Notes under the pieces: model-generated
The model's input: only the letters and a program-made list of their open reading frames with translations
Told to the model about the DNA's origin: nothing
Database searches by the model: none
NCBI GenBank assembly: GCA_038087875.1
Contig: JAXLNO010003865.1
Coordinates: 62,001-126,000 of the forward strand
Source of the DNA: Malacoraja senta
Lineage: Eukaryota
Reading direction: 5' to 3'
DNA: 64,000 nucleotides
Translations under genes and position numbers: made by a program
Shown: positions 42,601 to 56,200 of the stretch, piece after piece
Layout: the number at the start of each line of letters is the position of its first letter
Numbering within the stretch: position 1 is the first letter of the stretch

Positions 42601-45600
42601 TTTGCGTTTTCGTCACTTTTCGCTTGCTGAATTTTCGTCGCTTATCATGTGCTGAATTTTCGTTGGTTTTCGCGTGCGGAATTTTCGTCACTTTTCGCAT
42701 CGTGAAGGTTTGTCGCTTTTCGCGTGCTGAATTTTCGTCACTTTTAACGTGTTGAATTTTCGTTGGTTTTTGCTTGCTTCATTTTCATCGTTTTTCGTGC
42801 CTTGAAGGTTCATCTCTGTTTGCGTGCAGAGTTTTCTTCGCTTTTTGCTTGCTGAATTTTCGTCGCTTTTCTCTTGCTGAATTTTCGGCGCTTTTCACGT
42901 TCTGAAATTTCGTCACTTTTCGCGTGCTGAATGTTCGTCGCTTTTCGCGTGCAGAAATTTCGTTGCTTTTCACGTCCTGAAATTTAGTCGCTTTATGTGT
43001 CCTGATGTTTCATCGTATTTTGGGTCCTGAATTTACGTCGCTTTTCATGTGCTAAATTTTCGTCGCTTATGCGTGTCGAATTTTTGTCACTTTTCGCATG
43101 TAGCATTTTTGTCGCTTTTCGCGTGCTTCATTTTCATCGCTTTTCGCATCCTGAAGGTTCGTCGCTTTCCGAATGCAAATTTTTCGTCGCATTTCGCATG
43201 CTGAATTTTCGTCGATTTTCGCGTGCTTCGTTTTTAAAACATCACTTTTCATGTCCTGAAGGTTCCTCTGTTTTCGCGTGCTGCATTTTCGTCACTTTTC
43301 GCTTGCTGAATTTTCGTCGCTTTTCATGTGCAGAAATTCTGTCGCTTTTGTTGTTCTGAAATTTCGTCGCTTTATGCGTCCTGAATTTTCGTCGCTTTTT
43401 GCATTCTGAATTTCAGTCGCCTTATGTGTGCTGAAATTTCTTCGCTTTTCATGTTCTGAATTTTCGTCGCTTTTCATATCCTGAAGGTTCGTCAATTTTT
43501 GCGTGCTGCATTTTCGTCGCTTTTCGCGTGCTGAATTTTTGTAGCTTTTCACATGCTGAATTTTTGTTGCTTTTCGCGTACTGAATTTTCGTCGCTTTTC
43601 GCTTGCTGAAATTCCGTCGATTTTCGTCGCTTTTTGTTGCTTTATGCATCCTGATGTTTCATCACCTTTCGTGTCCTGAATTTACGTCGCATTTCGTGTA
43701 TTGAAATTTCGTCGCTTTTCTCTTGCTGAAATTTCGTCGCTTTTCTCTTGCTGAAATTTCGTCATTTTTCATGTCCTGAAATTTCGTCGATTTATGCGTC
43801 CTCATGTTCCATCGCATTTCGCATCCTGAATTTACGTCGCTTTTTGTGTGCTGAATTTTTGTCACTTTTCGCATGATGAATTTCCCTTGATTTTCCCGTG
43901 CTTCATTATCATCACTTTTCACGTCCTGAATTCTCGTCGCTTTTTGCGTGCTGGATTCTCGTCACTTTTCGCGTTCTGAAATTTCGTCACTTTTCGCATG
44001 CTGAATGTTTGTCGCTTTTCGCATCCTGTAAGTCCGTCACTTTTGCCATGCTGAATTTTCGTCGCTTTTCGCGTGCATTATTTTCGTCGCTTTTCGCATG
44101 CTGAATTTTCGTAGCTTCTCGTGCTGAATTTTCGTCGCTTTTAACGTTCTGAATTTTCATCTTTTCGTAGGCTGAAATTTCGTCACTTTTCACGTCCTGA
44201 ATTTACATAGCTTTTCGCGTCCTGAAGGTTCATCACTTTTATTGTGCTGAATTTTCATCGCTTTTCGCATGCTGAATTTTCGTCGCTATTCGCGTCCTGA
44301 ATGTTTGTCGCTTTTCGCCTGCTGAATTGCGTCACTTTTCGCGGCTGAATTTTCGTCGCTTTCCATGTGCTGAAATTTTGTCGCATTTCACGTGCTGAAA
44401 TTTCGTCGGTTTTCGCGTCCTGAAAGTTCATAATTTTTCACGTGCTAAATTTTCATTGCTTTTCGCAAGCTGAATTTTCGTCGCTTTTCATGTGCTGAAA
44501 TTTTCGTCGCATTATGTTTTGTTGCTTTTCGCGTCCTGAATTTACGTCGCTTTTTGTGTGCTGAATTTTCATCGCTTTTTGCGTGCTGTATTTTTGTAGC
44601 TTTTCACATGCTGAATTTTCGTCGCTTTTCGCATGCTTCATTTTCATCACTTTTCGCACACTGAATGTTCGTCGCTTTTAGCATCCTAAATTTTCGTCGC
44701 TTTTCCCCGTGCATCATTTTCTTCACTTTTCGCGTCCTGAAGGATCGTCGCTTTTCGCATGCTGAAGTTTCGTCCCTTTTCGCGTCCTGAATTTACGTCG
44801 CTTTTCATGTGCTGAATTATCGTCGCTTTTCGCCTGCTGAATTTCGTCACTTTTCGTGGCTGAATTTTCGTCCCTTGTCTCGTTCTGAAATTTCGTCACT
44901 TTTCGCGTGCTGAATTTTCGTTGCTTTTCGCTTCCTGAAGGTTCATCATTTTTCACGTGCTGAATTTTCACCGCTTTTCGCTGGCTGAATTTTTGTCGCT
45001 TTTCATGTGCTGAAATTTTGTCGCTTTTCACGTGCTGAAATTTTCGTCGCTTTATGTGTCCCGATGTTTTGTTGCTTTTCGCGTCCTGAATTTACGTCGC
45101 TTTTTGTGTGCTGAATTTTCATCGCTTTTTGTATGCTGTATTTTTGTAGCTTTTTGCATGCTGAATTTTCATCGCTTTATGCATGCTTCATTTTCATCAC
45201 TTTTCGCATACTGAAGGTTCGTCGCTTTTAGCATGCTAAATTTTCGTCGCTTTTCCCCGTGCTTCATTTTCATCACTTTTCGCGTCCTGAAGGATCGTCG
45301 CTTTTCGCATGCTGAAGTTTCGTCCCTTTTCGCGTCCTGAATTTATGTCGCTTTTCATGTGCTGAATTTTCGTCGCTTTTCCACTGCTTCATTTTCATCT
45401 CTTTTTGCATCAGGATGGTTCGTCGCTTTTCCCATGCAGAATTTTCGTCGATTTTCGTATGCTGAATTTTCATCACTTTTCGCGTGCTGAAGTTTTGTTG
45501 CTCTTTTCGCATGCTGAATTTTCATCAATTTTCGCATGCTGAATTTTCGTGACTTTTCGCGTGCTGAATTTTCGTTGCTTTTCGCATGCTGAAATTTCGC

Positions 45601-47187
45601 ACGCTTTTCCCGTGCTTCATTTTTATCTCTTTTCGCGTCCTGAAGGTTTGTCGCTTTTTGCATGGTGAAGATTGGTCGCTTTTTGCGTCCTGAATTTACT
45701 TCGCATTTCGTGTGCTGAATTTTCGTCACTTGTCATGTTCTGAAAATTTCGTCACTTTGCACATGCTGAATTTTCGTCGCTTTTCGCGTGCTGAATTTTT
45801 GTCACTTTTCGCATGCGGAATTTTCGTCACTTTTCACTTGCTGAATTTTCGTTGATTTTCTCTTTCTGAAATTTCGTTACTTTTCGCGTGCTGAATTTAC
45901 GTCGTTTTCGCGTCCTGAAGGTTCATGACTTTTGTCGTGCTGAATTTTTGTCGCTTTTCCCATGCTTCATTTACATCACTTTTCGCGTCCTGGAGGTTCG
46001 TCGCTTTTTACATGCTGAATTTTCGTTGCTTTTCACGTTCTGAAAGTTCATAATTTTTCACGTGCTAAATTTTCATCGCTTTTCGCAGGCTGAATTTTCG
46101 TCGCTTTTCATGTGCTGAAATTTTGTCGCTTTTCATGTGCTGAAATTTTCGCCACTTTATGTCCCGATGTTTTGTTGCTTTTCGCGTCCTGAATTTACGT
46201 CGCTTTTTGTGTGCTGTATTTTTGTAGCTTTTCACATGCTGAATTTTCGTCGCTTTTTGCATGCTTCATTATCATCACTTTTCGCATACTGAAGGTTCGT
46301 CGCTTTTAGCATGCTAAATTGTCGTCGCTTTTCCCCATGCTTCAATTTCATCACTTTTCGCGTCCTGAAGGATCGTCACTTTCCGCATGCTGAAGTTTCG
46401 TCCATTTCACGTCCTGAATTTACGTCGCTTTTCATGTGCTGAATTATCGTCGCTTTTCGCGTGTTTCATTCTCATCACTTTTCGTGTACTGAAGGTTCAT
46501 CGCTTTTCGCATGCTGAATTTTCGTCGCTTTTTGCATGCTGAAGTTTCGTTGCTTTTCGCATGCTGAATTATTGTCGTTTTTTCCGTGCCTCATTTTCAT
46601 TCCTTTTTGCGTCCTGGTTCGTCACTTTTCACGTGCTAAATTTTCGTCGCTTTTCCAGTGCCTCATTTTCATCGCTTTTTGCATCCTGATGGTTCGTCTC
46701 TTTTCGCATGCTGAATTATCATCGATTTTCGCCTGCTGAATTTTCGTCACTTTTAGCGTGCTGAATTTTCGTCGCTTTTCGCATGCTGAATTTTCGTCGC
46801 TTTACCCGTGCTTCATTTTCATCGCTTTTCTCGTCCTGGTTCGTCACTTTACGCGTGCTGAATTTTCGTCACTTTTCATGTGCTGCATTTTCATCACTTT
46901 TAGCATACTGAAGGTGTGTCACTTTTCGCATCCTGAATTTATGTCGCTTATCATGTGCTCAATTATCGTCGCTTTTCGCGTGTTCCATTTTCATCACTTT
47001 TCACATACTGAAGGTTCGTCGCTTTTCGCATGCTGAATCTTTGTCGCTTTTCCGGTGCTTCATTTTCATCGCATTTCGCATGCTGAATTTTCGTCGATTT
47101 TCGCATGATGAATTTTCGTCACTTTTCGCGTGCTGAATTTTCGTCGCTTTTTGCATGCTGAATTTTTGTCGCTTTTCCCATGCTTAA

Positions 47188-47635
47188 AGGCCTGTCTCAC
47201 GAGTCTGCGGTCATAGGCGGCGAAACAGGAAGAATCTACCGCTCCTGGGCCGCCATAGACTGCGCACTCGGTCAAACGCACAATTCCGGGGCCGTGCAGC
47301 GTTGTTCCCAACACCGCACGGTGCTAAAATATAACCAACACTGTTCAAAAATATGTCCCTACCACACAGCCTCCGCCAGTGAGGCACGAGTGCGGCACGG
47401 CCGCCGCCACAGCCGCCGCCAGTGTGGCACGAGCGCCGTGCGTCGAACTTGCACCGCCACAGCCTCCGCCAGTGAGGCACGACCGCCGGCACGGCCGCCG
47501 CCACAGCCACCACTACAGCGCCGCGATCAGCACAGCCGCCGCCACAGATGCCGCTAGTGAGTCACGTGTGCGGCAGGGCCGCCGCCACAGTCACCGCTTC
47601 ACCGCCGATGACTGCAACACCGTGAGACAGAGCCT
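47188..47635. mobile_element. MITE copy 2 (448 bp, internally deleted relative to copy 1)
   Basis: TTAA at 47184-47187 and 47636-47639. Termini AGGCCTGTCTCACG and CGTGAGACAGAGCCT. Same flanking satellite context as 9419-9970. Confidence 0.88.
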
Positions 47636-50299
47636 TTAATTTTCATCGCTTTTCGCGTCCTGGTTTGTCACTTTTGTCGCTGAATTGTCGTCGCTTTTCG
47701 CTTGATGAATTTTTGTCGCTTTTCGCATGCTGAGTTTTCGTCGATTTTCTTTTACTGAAACCTCGTCACCTTTCATGTGCTGAATTTTTATTGCTTTGCG
47801 CATGCTGAATTTTCATCGCTTTTCCCGTGCTTCATTTTCATCGTTTTTCGCGTCCTGAAATTTCGTCACTTTTTGCGTGCTGAATTTTCGTCTCTTTTCG
47901 TGTGCTGAATTTTCGTTGCTTTTCGCAGGCTGAGTTTTCGTAGCTTTTCACGTGTTGTATTTTTGTCACTTTTCGCATGCTGAATTTTCGTGGCCTTTCC
48001 CGTGCTTCATTTTCATTGCCTTTCGCATGCTTGATTTTTATCTCTTTTCGTGTCCTGAAGGTTCGTCGCTTTTCGCATGCTGAAGTTTGGTCGCTTTTCA
48101 CGTCCTGAATTGACTTCGATTTTCGTGAGCTGAATTTTCGGCGCTTGTCATGTTCAGAAATTTCGTCACTTGTCGCATGATGAATTTTCGTCACTTTTCG
48201 CGTGCTGAATTTTCGTCGCTTTTCCCTTACTGATTTTTCGTCGCTTTTCTCTTTCTCAAATTCCATTACATTTCGCGTGCTGAATTTACATCGTTTTTCG
48301 CGTCCTGAATGTTCGTCGCTTTTCGCATGCTGAAGTTTCGTCGCTTTTCGCGTGCTAAATTTATATCGCTTTTCATGTGCTGAATTATCATCGCTTTTTG
48401 CGTGTTTCATTTTCATCACTTTTTGCATACTGAAGGTTCATCGCTTTTCGCATGCTGAATTTTCGTCGCTTTTCCAGTGCTTCATTTACATCGCTTTTCT
48501 CGTCCTGGTTTGTCGCATTTCGCATGCTGAATTTTCGTCACTTTTCACGTCCTTATGGTTCGTCACTTTTCGCATGCTGAATTTTCGTTGTTTTTGCATC
48601 CTGAATTTACGTCGGTTTTCGCCTGCTGAAGTTTCATCACTTTTCGCATCCTGAATTTACGCCGCTTTTCATTTACTGAATTATCGTCGCTTTTTGCGTG
48701 TTTCATTTTCATCACTTTTCGCATGTAGAATTTTCGTCACTTTTCCAGTTCTTCAATTTCATCGCTTTTCGCGTCCTGAAGGTTTGTTGCTTTTCGCATG
48801 CTGAATTTTCGTCGATTTTCGCATCCTGAATTTTCGTCACTTTTCGCGTGCTGAATTTTTGTCGCTTTTCACGTACAGAAAACCCGTCACTTTTCACGCG
48901 ATGAATTTTCGTCGCTTTTCCCATGCTGAATTTTCATCGCATTTCTCTTTCTGAAATTTCGTTACTTTTTGCGTGCTGAATTCACGTCGCTTTTTGCATC
49001 CTGAAGGTCCATCACTTTTGTCGTGCTGAAATTTCATCGCTTTTCGCAGGCTGAGTTTTCGTCGCTATTCACGTGCTGTATTTTTGTCACTTTTCGCATG
49101 TTGAATTTTCTTCGCTTTTCGCCTGCTGAATTTCGTCACTTTTCGAGGCAGAATTTTCGTCGCTTGTCTCGTTCTGAAATTGCATCGCTTTTCGCGTCCT
49201 GAAGGTTCGTCACTTTTCGCATGCTGACTTTTTGTCGCTTTTCGCAGGCTGTTTTCGTTGCCTTTCACGTGCTGTATTTAAGTCACTTTTCGCATGCTGA
49301 ATATTCGTCGCATTTCGCGTGCTGAATTTTTGTCGCTTTTCGCATGCTGAATTTTAATCGCTTTCCCCGTGCTTCATTTTCACCACTTTTTCGCGTACTG
49401 AAGGTTCGTCACTTTTCGCGTGCTGAATTTTCGTCTCTTTTCATGTGCTGAATTTTCGTTGCATTCCAAAGGCTGAGTTTTCGTCGCTTTTCACGTGCTG
49501 TATTTTTGTCACTTTTCGCATGCTGAATTTCCGTCACCTTTCGCGTGCTTCATTTTCATCGCCATTCGCGTGCTTCATTTTCATCAATTTTCGCATCCTG
49601 AAGGTTCGTCGCTTTTCGTATGCTGAAGTTTTGTCGCTTTTCTCGTCCTGAATTTACTTCGATTTTCGTGAGCTGAATTTTCGTCGCTTGTCATGTCCTG
49701 AAATTTCATCACTTGTTGCATGCTGAAATTCCATTACATTTCACGTGCTGAATTTACATCGTTTTTCGCGTCCTGAATGTTCGTCACTTTTCGCATGCTG
49801 AAGTTTCGTCGCTTTTCGCATCCTGAATTTATGTCGCTTTTCATGTGTTTTCGCGTGTTTCATTTTCATCACTTTTTGCATACTGAATGTTCGTCGCTTT
49901 TCGCATGCTGAATTTTCGTCACTTTTCCAGTGCTTCATTTTAATCGCTTTCCTCGTCCTGGATTGTCGCATTTCGCATGCTGCATTTTCGTCACTTTTCG
50001 CGTCCTTAAGGTACGTCACTTTTCGCGAGCTGAATTTTCGTTGTTTTTGCATCCTGAATTTACGTCGGTTTTCGCCTCCTGAAGTTTCATCACTTTTCGC
50101 ATCCTGAATTTACGCCGCTTTTCATTTGCTGAATTATCGTCGCTTTTCACGTGTTTGATTTTCATCACTTTTCGCATATTGAAGGTTCATCGCTTTTCGC
50201 ATGCAGAATTTTCGTCACTTTTCCAGTTCTTCATTTTCATCGCTTTTCGCGTCCTGAAGGTTTGTTGCTTTTCGCATGCTGAATTTTCGTCGATTTTCG

Positions 50300-53200
50300 C
50301 AACCTGAATTTTCGTCACTTTTCGCGTGCTGAATTTTTGTCGCTTTTCACGTACAGAAAACTCCTCACTTTTCACGTGATGAATTTTCGTCGCTTTTCGC
50401 GTGATGAATTTTTGTCCCTTTTCGCATGCTGAATTTTTGTCGCTTTTTCCGTGCTGAATTTCAATCGCTTTTCTCTTTCTGAAATTTCATTCCTTTTCGC
50501 GTGCTGAATTTACGTCGCTTTTCGCGTGCTTCATTTTCAACGCCTTTCGCGTGCTTCATTTTCATCGCCTTTCATGTGCTTCATTTTCATCACTTTTCGC
50601 GTCCTGAAGATTCGTCGCTTTTCGCATGCTGAATTTTCGTCGCTTTTCCCATTCCTCATTTTCATCGCTTTTCGCGTCCTGGAGGTTCGTCACTTTTCGC
50701 ATGCTGAATTGTCGTCGCTTTTCGCGTGCTGAATTTTTGTCGCTTTTCACAGGCTGAGTTTACGATGCTTTTCACGTGCTGTATTTTCGTAACTTTTCGC
50801 ATGCTGAATATTCGTCGCATTTCACGTGCTGAATTTTTGTCGCTTTTCGCATGCTGAATTTTAATCACTTTCCCCTTGCTTCATTTTCATCGCTTTTCGC
50901 GTCCTGAAGGTTCGTCACTTTATGTGTGCTGAATTTTCGTCTCTTTTCGTGTGCTGAATTTTCGTTGCTTTTCGCAGGCTCAGTTTTCGTCGCTTTTCAC
51001 GTGTTGTATTTTTGTTACTTTTCGCATGCTGAATTTTCATCGCCTTCCGTATGCTTCATTTTTTATCTCTTTTCGCGTCCTGAAGTTTGGTCGCTTATCG
51101 CGTCCTGAATTTACTTCGCTTTTCGTGAGCTGAATTTTCTTTGCTTGTCATGTTCTGAAATTTCGTCACATTTCACATGCTGAATTTTCGTCACTTTTCG
51201 CGTGCTGAATTTTCGTCGCTTTTCCCATTCCTCATTTTCCTCGCTTTTCGCGTCCTGAAGGTTCGTCACTTTTCTAATGCTGAATTGTCATCGCTTTTTC
51301 CGTGCTGAATTGTTGTCGCTTTTCGCAGGCTGAGTTTACGTTGCTTTTCACGTGCTGTATTTTCATCACTTTTTGCATGCTGAATATTCGTAGCATTTCA
51401 CGTGCTGAATTTTTGTCGCTTTTTGCATGCTGAATTTTAATCGCTTTCCCCGTGCTTAATTGTCTTCGCTTTTCGCGTCCTGAAGGTTCGTCACTTTATG
51501 TGTGCTGAATTTTCGTCTCTTTTCGTGTGCTGAATTTTCGTTGCTTTTCACAGGCTGAGTTTTCGTCGCTTTTCACGTGTTGTATTTTTTTCACTTTTCG
51601 CATGCTGAATTTTTGTGGCCTTTCCCGTGCTTCATTTTCATCGCCTTTCGCATGCTTGATTTTTTTTATCTCTTTTCGCGTCCTGAAGGTTCGTCGCTTT
51701 TCGCATGCTGAAGTTTGGTCGCTTTTCACGTCCTGAATTTACTTCGATTTTCGTGAGCTGAATTTTCGTCGCTTGTCATGTTCTGAAATTTCGTCACTTG
51801 TCGCATGCTGAATTTTCGTCACTTTTCATGTGCTGAATTTTTGTCGCTTTTCCCTTACTGATTTTTTGTCGCTTTTCTCTTTCTGAAATTCCGTTACAAT
51901 TCGCGTGCTGAATTTACATCGTTTTTCGCGTCCTGAATGTTCGGCGCTTTTCGCATGCTGAAGTTTCGTCGCTTTTTGCGTCCTGAATTTATGTCGCTTT
52001 TCATCTGCTGAATTATCATCGCATTTCGCGTGGTTCATTTTCATCACTTTTTGCATACTGAAGGTTCGTCGCTTTTCGCATGCTGAATTTTCATCACTTT
52101 TCCAGTGCTTCATTTTCATCGCTTTTCTCGTCCTGGATTGTCGCATTTCGCATGCTGAATTTTCGTCACTTTTCGCGTCCTCAAGTTTCGTCACTTTTCG
52201 CATGCTGAATTTTCGTTGTTTTCGCATCCTGAATTTACGTCGGTTTTCGCCTGCTGAAGTTTCATCACTTTTGGCATCCTGAATTTACGCCGCTTTTCAT
52301 TTGCTGAATTATCGTCGCTTTTCGCATGTTTCATTTTCATCACTTTTCGCATACTGAAGGTTCATCGCTTTTCGCATGCAGAATTTTCATCACTTTTCCA
52401 GTTCTTCATTTTCATCGCTTTTCGCGTCCTGAAGGTTTGTTGCTTTTCGTATGCTGAATTTTCGTCGATTTTCGCATCCTGAATTTTCGTCACTTTTCGC
52501 GTGCTGAATTTTTGTCGCTTTTCACGTACAGAAAACTCGTCACTTTTCACGTGATGAATTTTCGTCGCTTTTCGCGTGATGAATTTTTGTCGCTTTTCGC
52601 ATGCTGAATTTTCCTTGCTTTTTCCGTGCTGAATTTCAATCGCTTTTCTCATTCTGAAATTTCGTTCCTTTTCGCGTGCTGAATTTACGTCGCTTTTCGC
52701 GTGCTTCTTTTTCAACGCCTTTCGCGTGCTTCATTTTCATCGCCTTTCATGTGCTTCATTTTCATCACTTATCGCGTCCTGAAGATTCGTCGCTTTTCGC
52801 ATGCTGAATTATCGTCGCTTTTCCCATTCCTCATTTTCATTGCTTTTCGCGTCCTGAAGGTTCGTCACTTTTCGCATGCTGAATTGTCGTCGCTTTTCAC
52901 GTGCTGAATTTTTATCGCTTTTCACAGGCTGAGTTTACGTTGCTTTTCACGTGCTGTATTTTCGTAACTTTTCGCATGCTGAATATTCGTCGCATTTCAC
53001 GTGCTGAATTTTTGTCGCTTTTCGCATGCTGAATTTTAATCACTTTCCCCGTGCTTCATTTTCATCGCTTTTCGCGTCCTGAAGGTTCGTCACTTTATGT
53101 GTGCTGAATTTTCGTCTCTTTTCGTGTGCTGAATTTTCGTTGCTTTTCGCAGGCTCAGTTTTCGTCGCTTTTCACGTGTTGTATTTTTGTTACTTTTCGC

Positions 53201-56200
53201 ATGCTGAATTTTCATCGCCTTTCGTATGCTTCATTTTTATCTCTTTTTGCGTCCTGAAGTTTGGTCGCTTTTCGCGTCCTGAATTTCCTTCGCTTTTCGT
53301 GAGCTGAATTTTCGTTGCTTGTCATGTTCTGAAATTTCGTCAAATTTCGCATGCTGAATTTTCGTCACTTTTCGCGTGCTGAATTTTCGTCGCTTTTCCC
53401 ATTCCTCATTTTCCTCGCTTTTCGCGTCCTGAAGGTTCGTCGCTTTTCTAATGCTGAATTGTCGTCGCTTTTTCCGTGCTGAATTTTTGTCGCTTTTCGC
53501 AGGCTGAGTTTACGTTGCTTTTCACGTGCTGTATTTTCATCACTTTTCGCATGCTGAATATTCGTAGCATTTCACGTGCTGAATTTTTGTCGCTTTTCGC
53601 ATGCTGAATTTTAATCGCTTTCCCCGTGCTTAATTTTCTTCGCTTTTCACGTCCTGAAGGTTCGTCACTTTTCACAGGCTGAGTTTTCGTCGCTTTTCAC
53701 GTGTTGTATTTTTTTCACTTTTCGCATGCTGAATTTTTGTGGCCTTTCCCGTGCTTCATTTTCATCGCCTTTCGCATGCTTGATTTTTATCTATTTTCGC
53801 GTCCTGAAGGTTCGTCGCTTTTCGCATGCTGAAGTTTGGTCGCTTTTCGCATCCTGAATTTACTTCGATTTTCGTGAGCTGAATTTTCGTCGCTTGTCAT
53901 GTTCTGAAATTTCGTCACTTGTCGCATGCTGAATTTTCGTCACTTTTCGCATGCTGAATTTTCGTCACTTTTCCCTTACTGATTTTTTGTCGCTTTTCTC
54001 TTTCTGAAATTCCGTTACATTTCGCGTGCTGAATTTACATCGTTTTTCGCGTCCTGAATGTTCGGCGCTTTTCGCATGCTGAAGTTTCGTCGCTTTTCGC
54101 GCCTGAATTTATGTCGCTTTTCATCTGCTGAATTATCATGGCTTTTCGCGTGGTTCATTTTCATCACTTTTTGCATACTGAAGGTTCGTCGCTTTTCGCA
54201 TGCTGAATTTTCTTCGCTTTTCCAGTGCTTCATTTTCATCGCTTTTCTCATCCTGGATTGTCGCATTTCGCATGCTGAATTTTCGTCATTTTCGCATCCT
54301 TAAGGTACGTCACTTTTCGCATGCTGAATTTTCGTTGTTTTCGCATCCTGAATTTACGTTGGTTTTCGCCTGCTGAAGTTTCATCACTTTTCGCATCCTG
54401 AATTTACGCCGCTTTTCATTTGCTGAATTATCGTCGCTTTTCGCATGTTTCATTTTCATCACTTTTCGCATACTGAAGGTTCATCGCTTTTCGCATGCAG
54501 AATTTTCATCACTTTTCCAGTTCTTCATTTTCATCGCTTTTCGCGTCCTGAAGGTTTGTTGCTTTTCGTATGCTGAATTTTCGTCGATTTTCGCATCCTG
54601 AATTTTCGTCACTTTTCGCGTGCTGAATTTTTGTCACTTTTCACGTACAGAAAACTCGTCACTTTTCACGTGATGAATTTTCGTCGCTTTTCGCGTGATG
54701 AATTTTTGTCGCTTTTCGCATGCTGAATTTTCCTTGCTTTTTCCGTGCTGAATTTCAATCGCTTTTCTCTTTCTGAAATTTCGTTCCTTTTCGCGTGCTG
54801 AATTTACGTCGCTTTTCGCGTGCTTCTTTTTCAACGCCTTTCGCGTGCTTCATTTTCATCGCCTTTCATGTGCTTCATTTTCATCACTTATCGCGTCCTG
54901 AAGATTCGTCGCTTTTCGCATGCTGAATTTTCGTCGCTTTTCCCATTCCTCATTTTCATTGCTTTTCGCGTCCTGAAGGTTCGTCACTTTTCGCATGCTG
55001 AATTGTCGTCGCTTTTCACGTGCTGAATTTTTATCGCTTTTCACAGGCTGAGTTTACGTTGCTTTTCACGTGCTGTATTTTCGTAACTTTTCGCATGCTG
55101 AATATTCGTCGCATTTCACGTGCTGAATTTTTGTCGCTTTTCGCATGCTGAATTTTAATCACTTTCCCCGTGCTTCATTTTCATCGCTTTTCGCGTCCTG
55201 AAGGTTCGTCACTTTATGTGTGCTGAATTTTCGTCTCTTTTCGTGTGCTGAATTTTCGTTGCTTTTCGCAGGCTCAGTTTTCGTCGCTTTTCACGTGTTG
55301 TATTTTTGTTACTTTTCACATGCTGAATTTTCATCGCCTTTCGTATGCTTCATTTTTATCTCTTTTTGCGTCCTGAAGTTTGGTCGCTTTTCGCGTCCTG
55401 AATTTCCTTCGCTTTTCGTGAGCTGAATTTTCGTTGCTTGTCATGTTCTGAAATTTCGTCAAATTTCGCATGCTGAATTTTCGTCACTTTTCGCGTGCTG
55501 AATTTTCGTCGCTTTTCCCATTCCTCATTTTCCTCGCTTTTCGCGTCCTGAAGGTTCGTCGCTTTTCTAATGCTGAATTGTCGTCGCTTTTTCCGTGCTG
55601 AATTTTTGTCGCTTTTCGCAGGCTGAGTTTACGTTGCTTTTCACGTGCTGTATTTTCATCACTTTTCGCATGCTGAATATTCGTAGCATTTCACGTGCTG
55701 AATTTTTGTCGCTTTTCGCATGCTGAATTTTAATCGCTTTCCCCGTGCTTAATTTTCTTCGCTTTTCACGTCCTGAAGGTTCGTCACTTTTCACAGGCTG
55801 AGTTTTCGTCGCTTTTCACGTGTTGTATTTTTTTCACTTTTCGCATGCTGAATTTTTGTGGCCTTTCCCGTGCTTCATTTTCATCGCCTTTCGCATGCTT
55901 GATTTTTATCTATTTTCGCGTCCTGAAGGTTCGTCGCTTTTCGCATGCTGAAGTTTGGTCGCTTTTCGCATCCTGAATTTACTTCGATTTTCGTGAGCTG
56001 AATTTTCGTCGCTTGTCATGTTCTGAAATTTCGTCACTTGTCGCATGCTGAATTTTCGTCACTTTTCGCATGCTGAATTTTCGTCACTTTTCCCTTACTG
56101 ATTTTTTGTCGCTTTTCTCTTTCTGAAATTCCGTTACATTTCGCGTGCTGAATTTACATCGTTTTTCGCGTCCTGAATGTTCGGCGCTTTTCGCATGCTG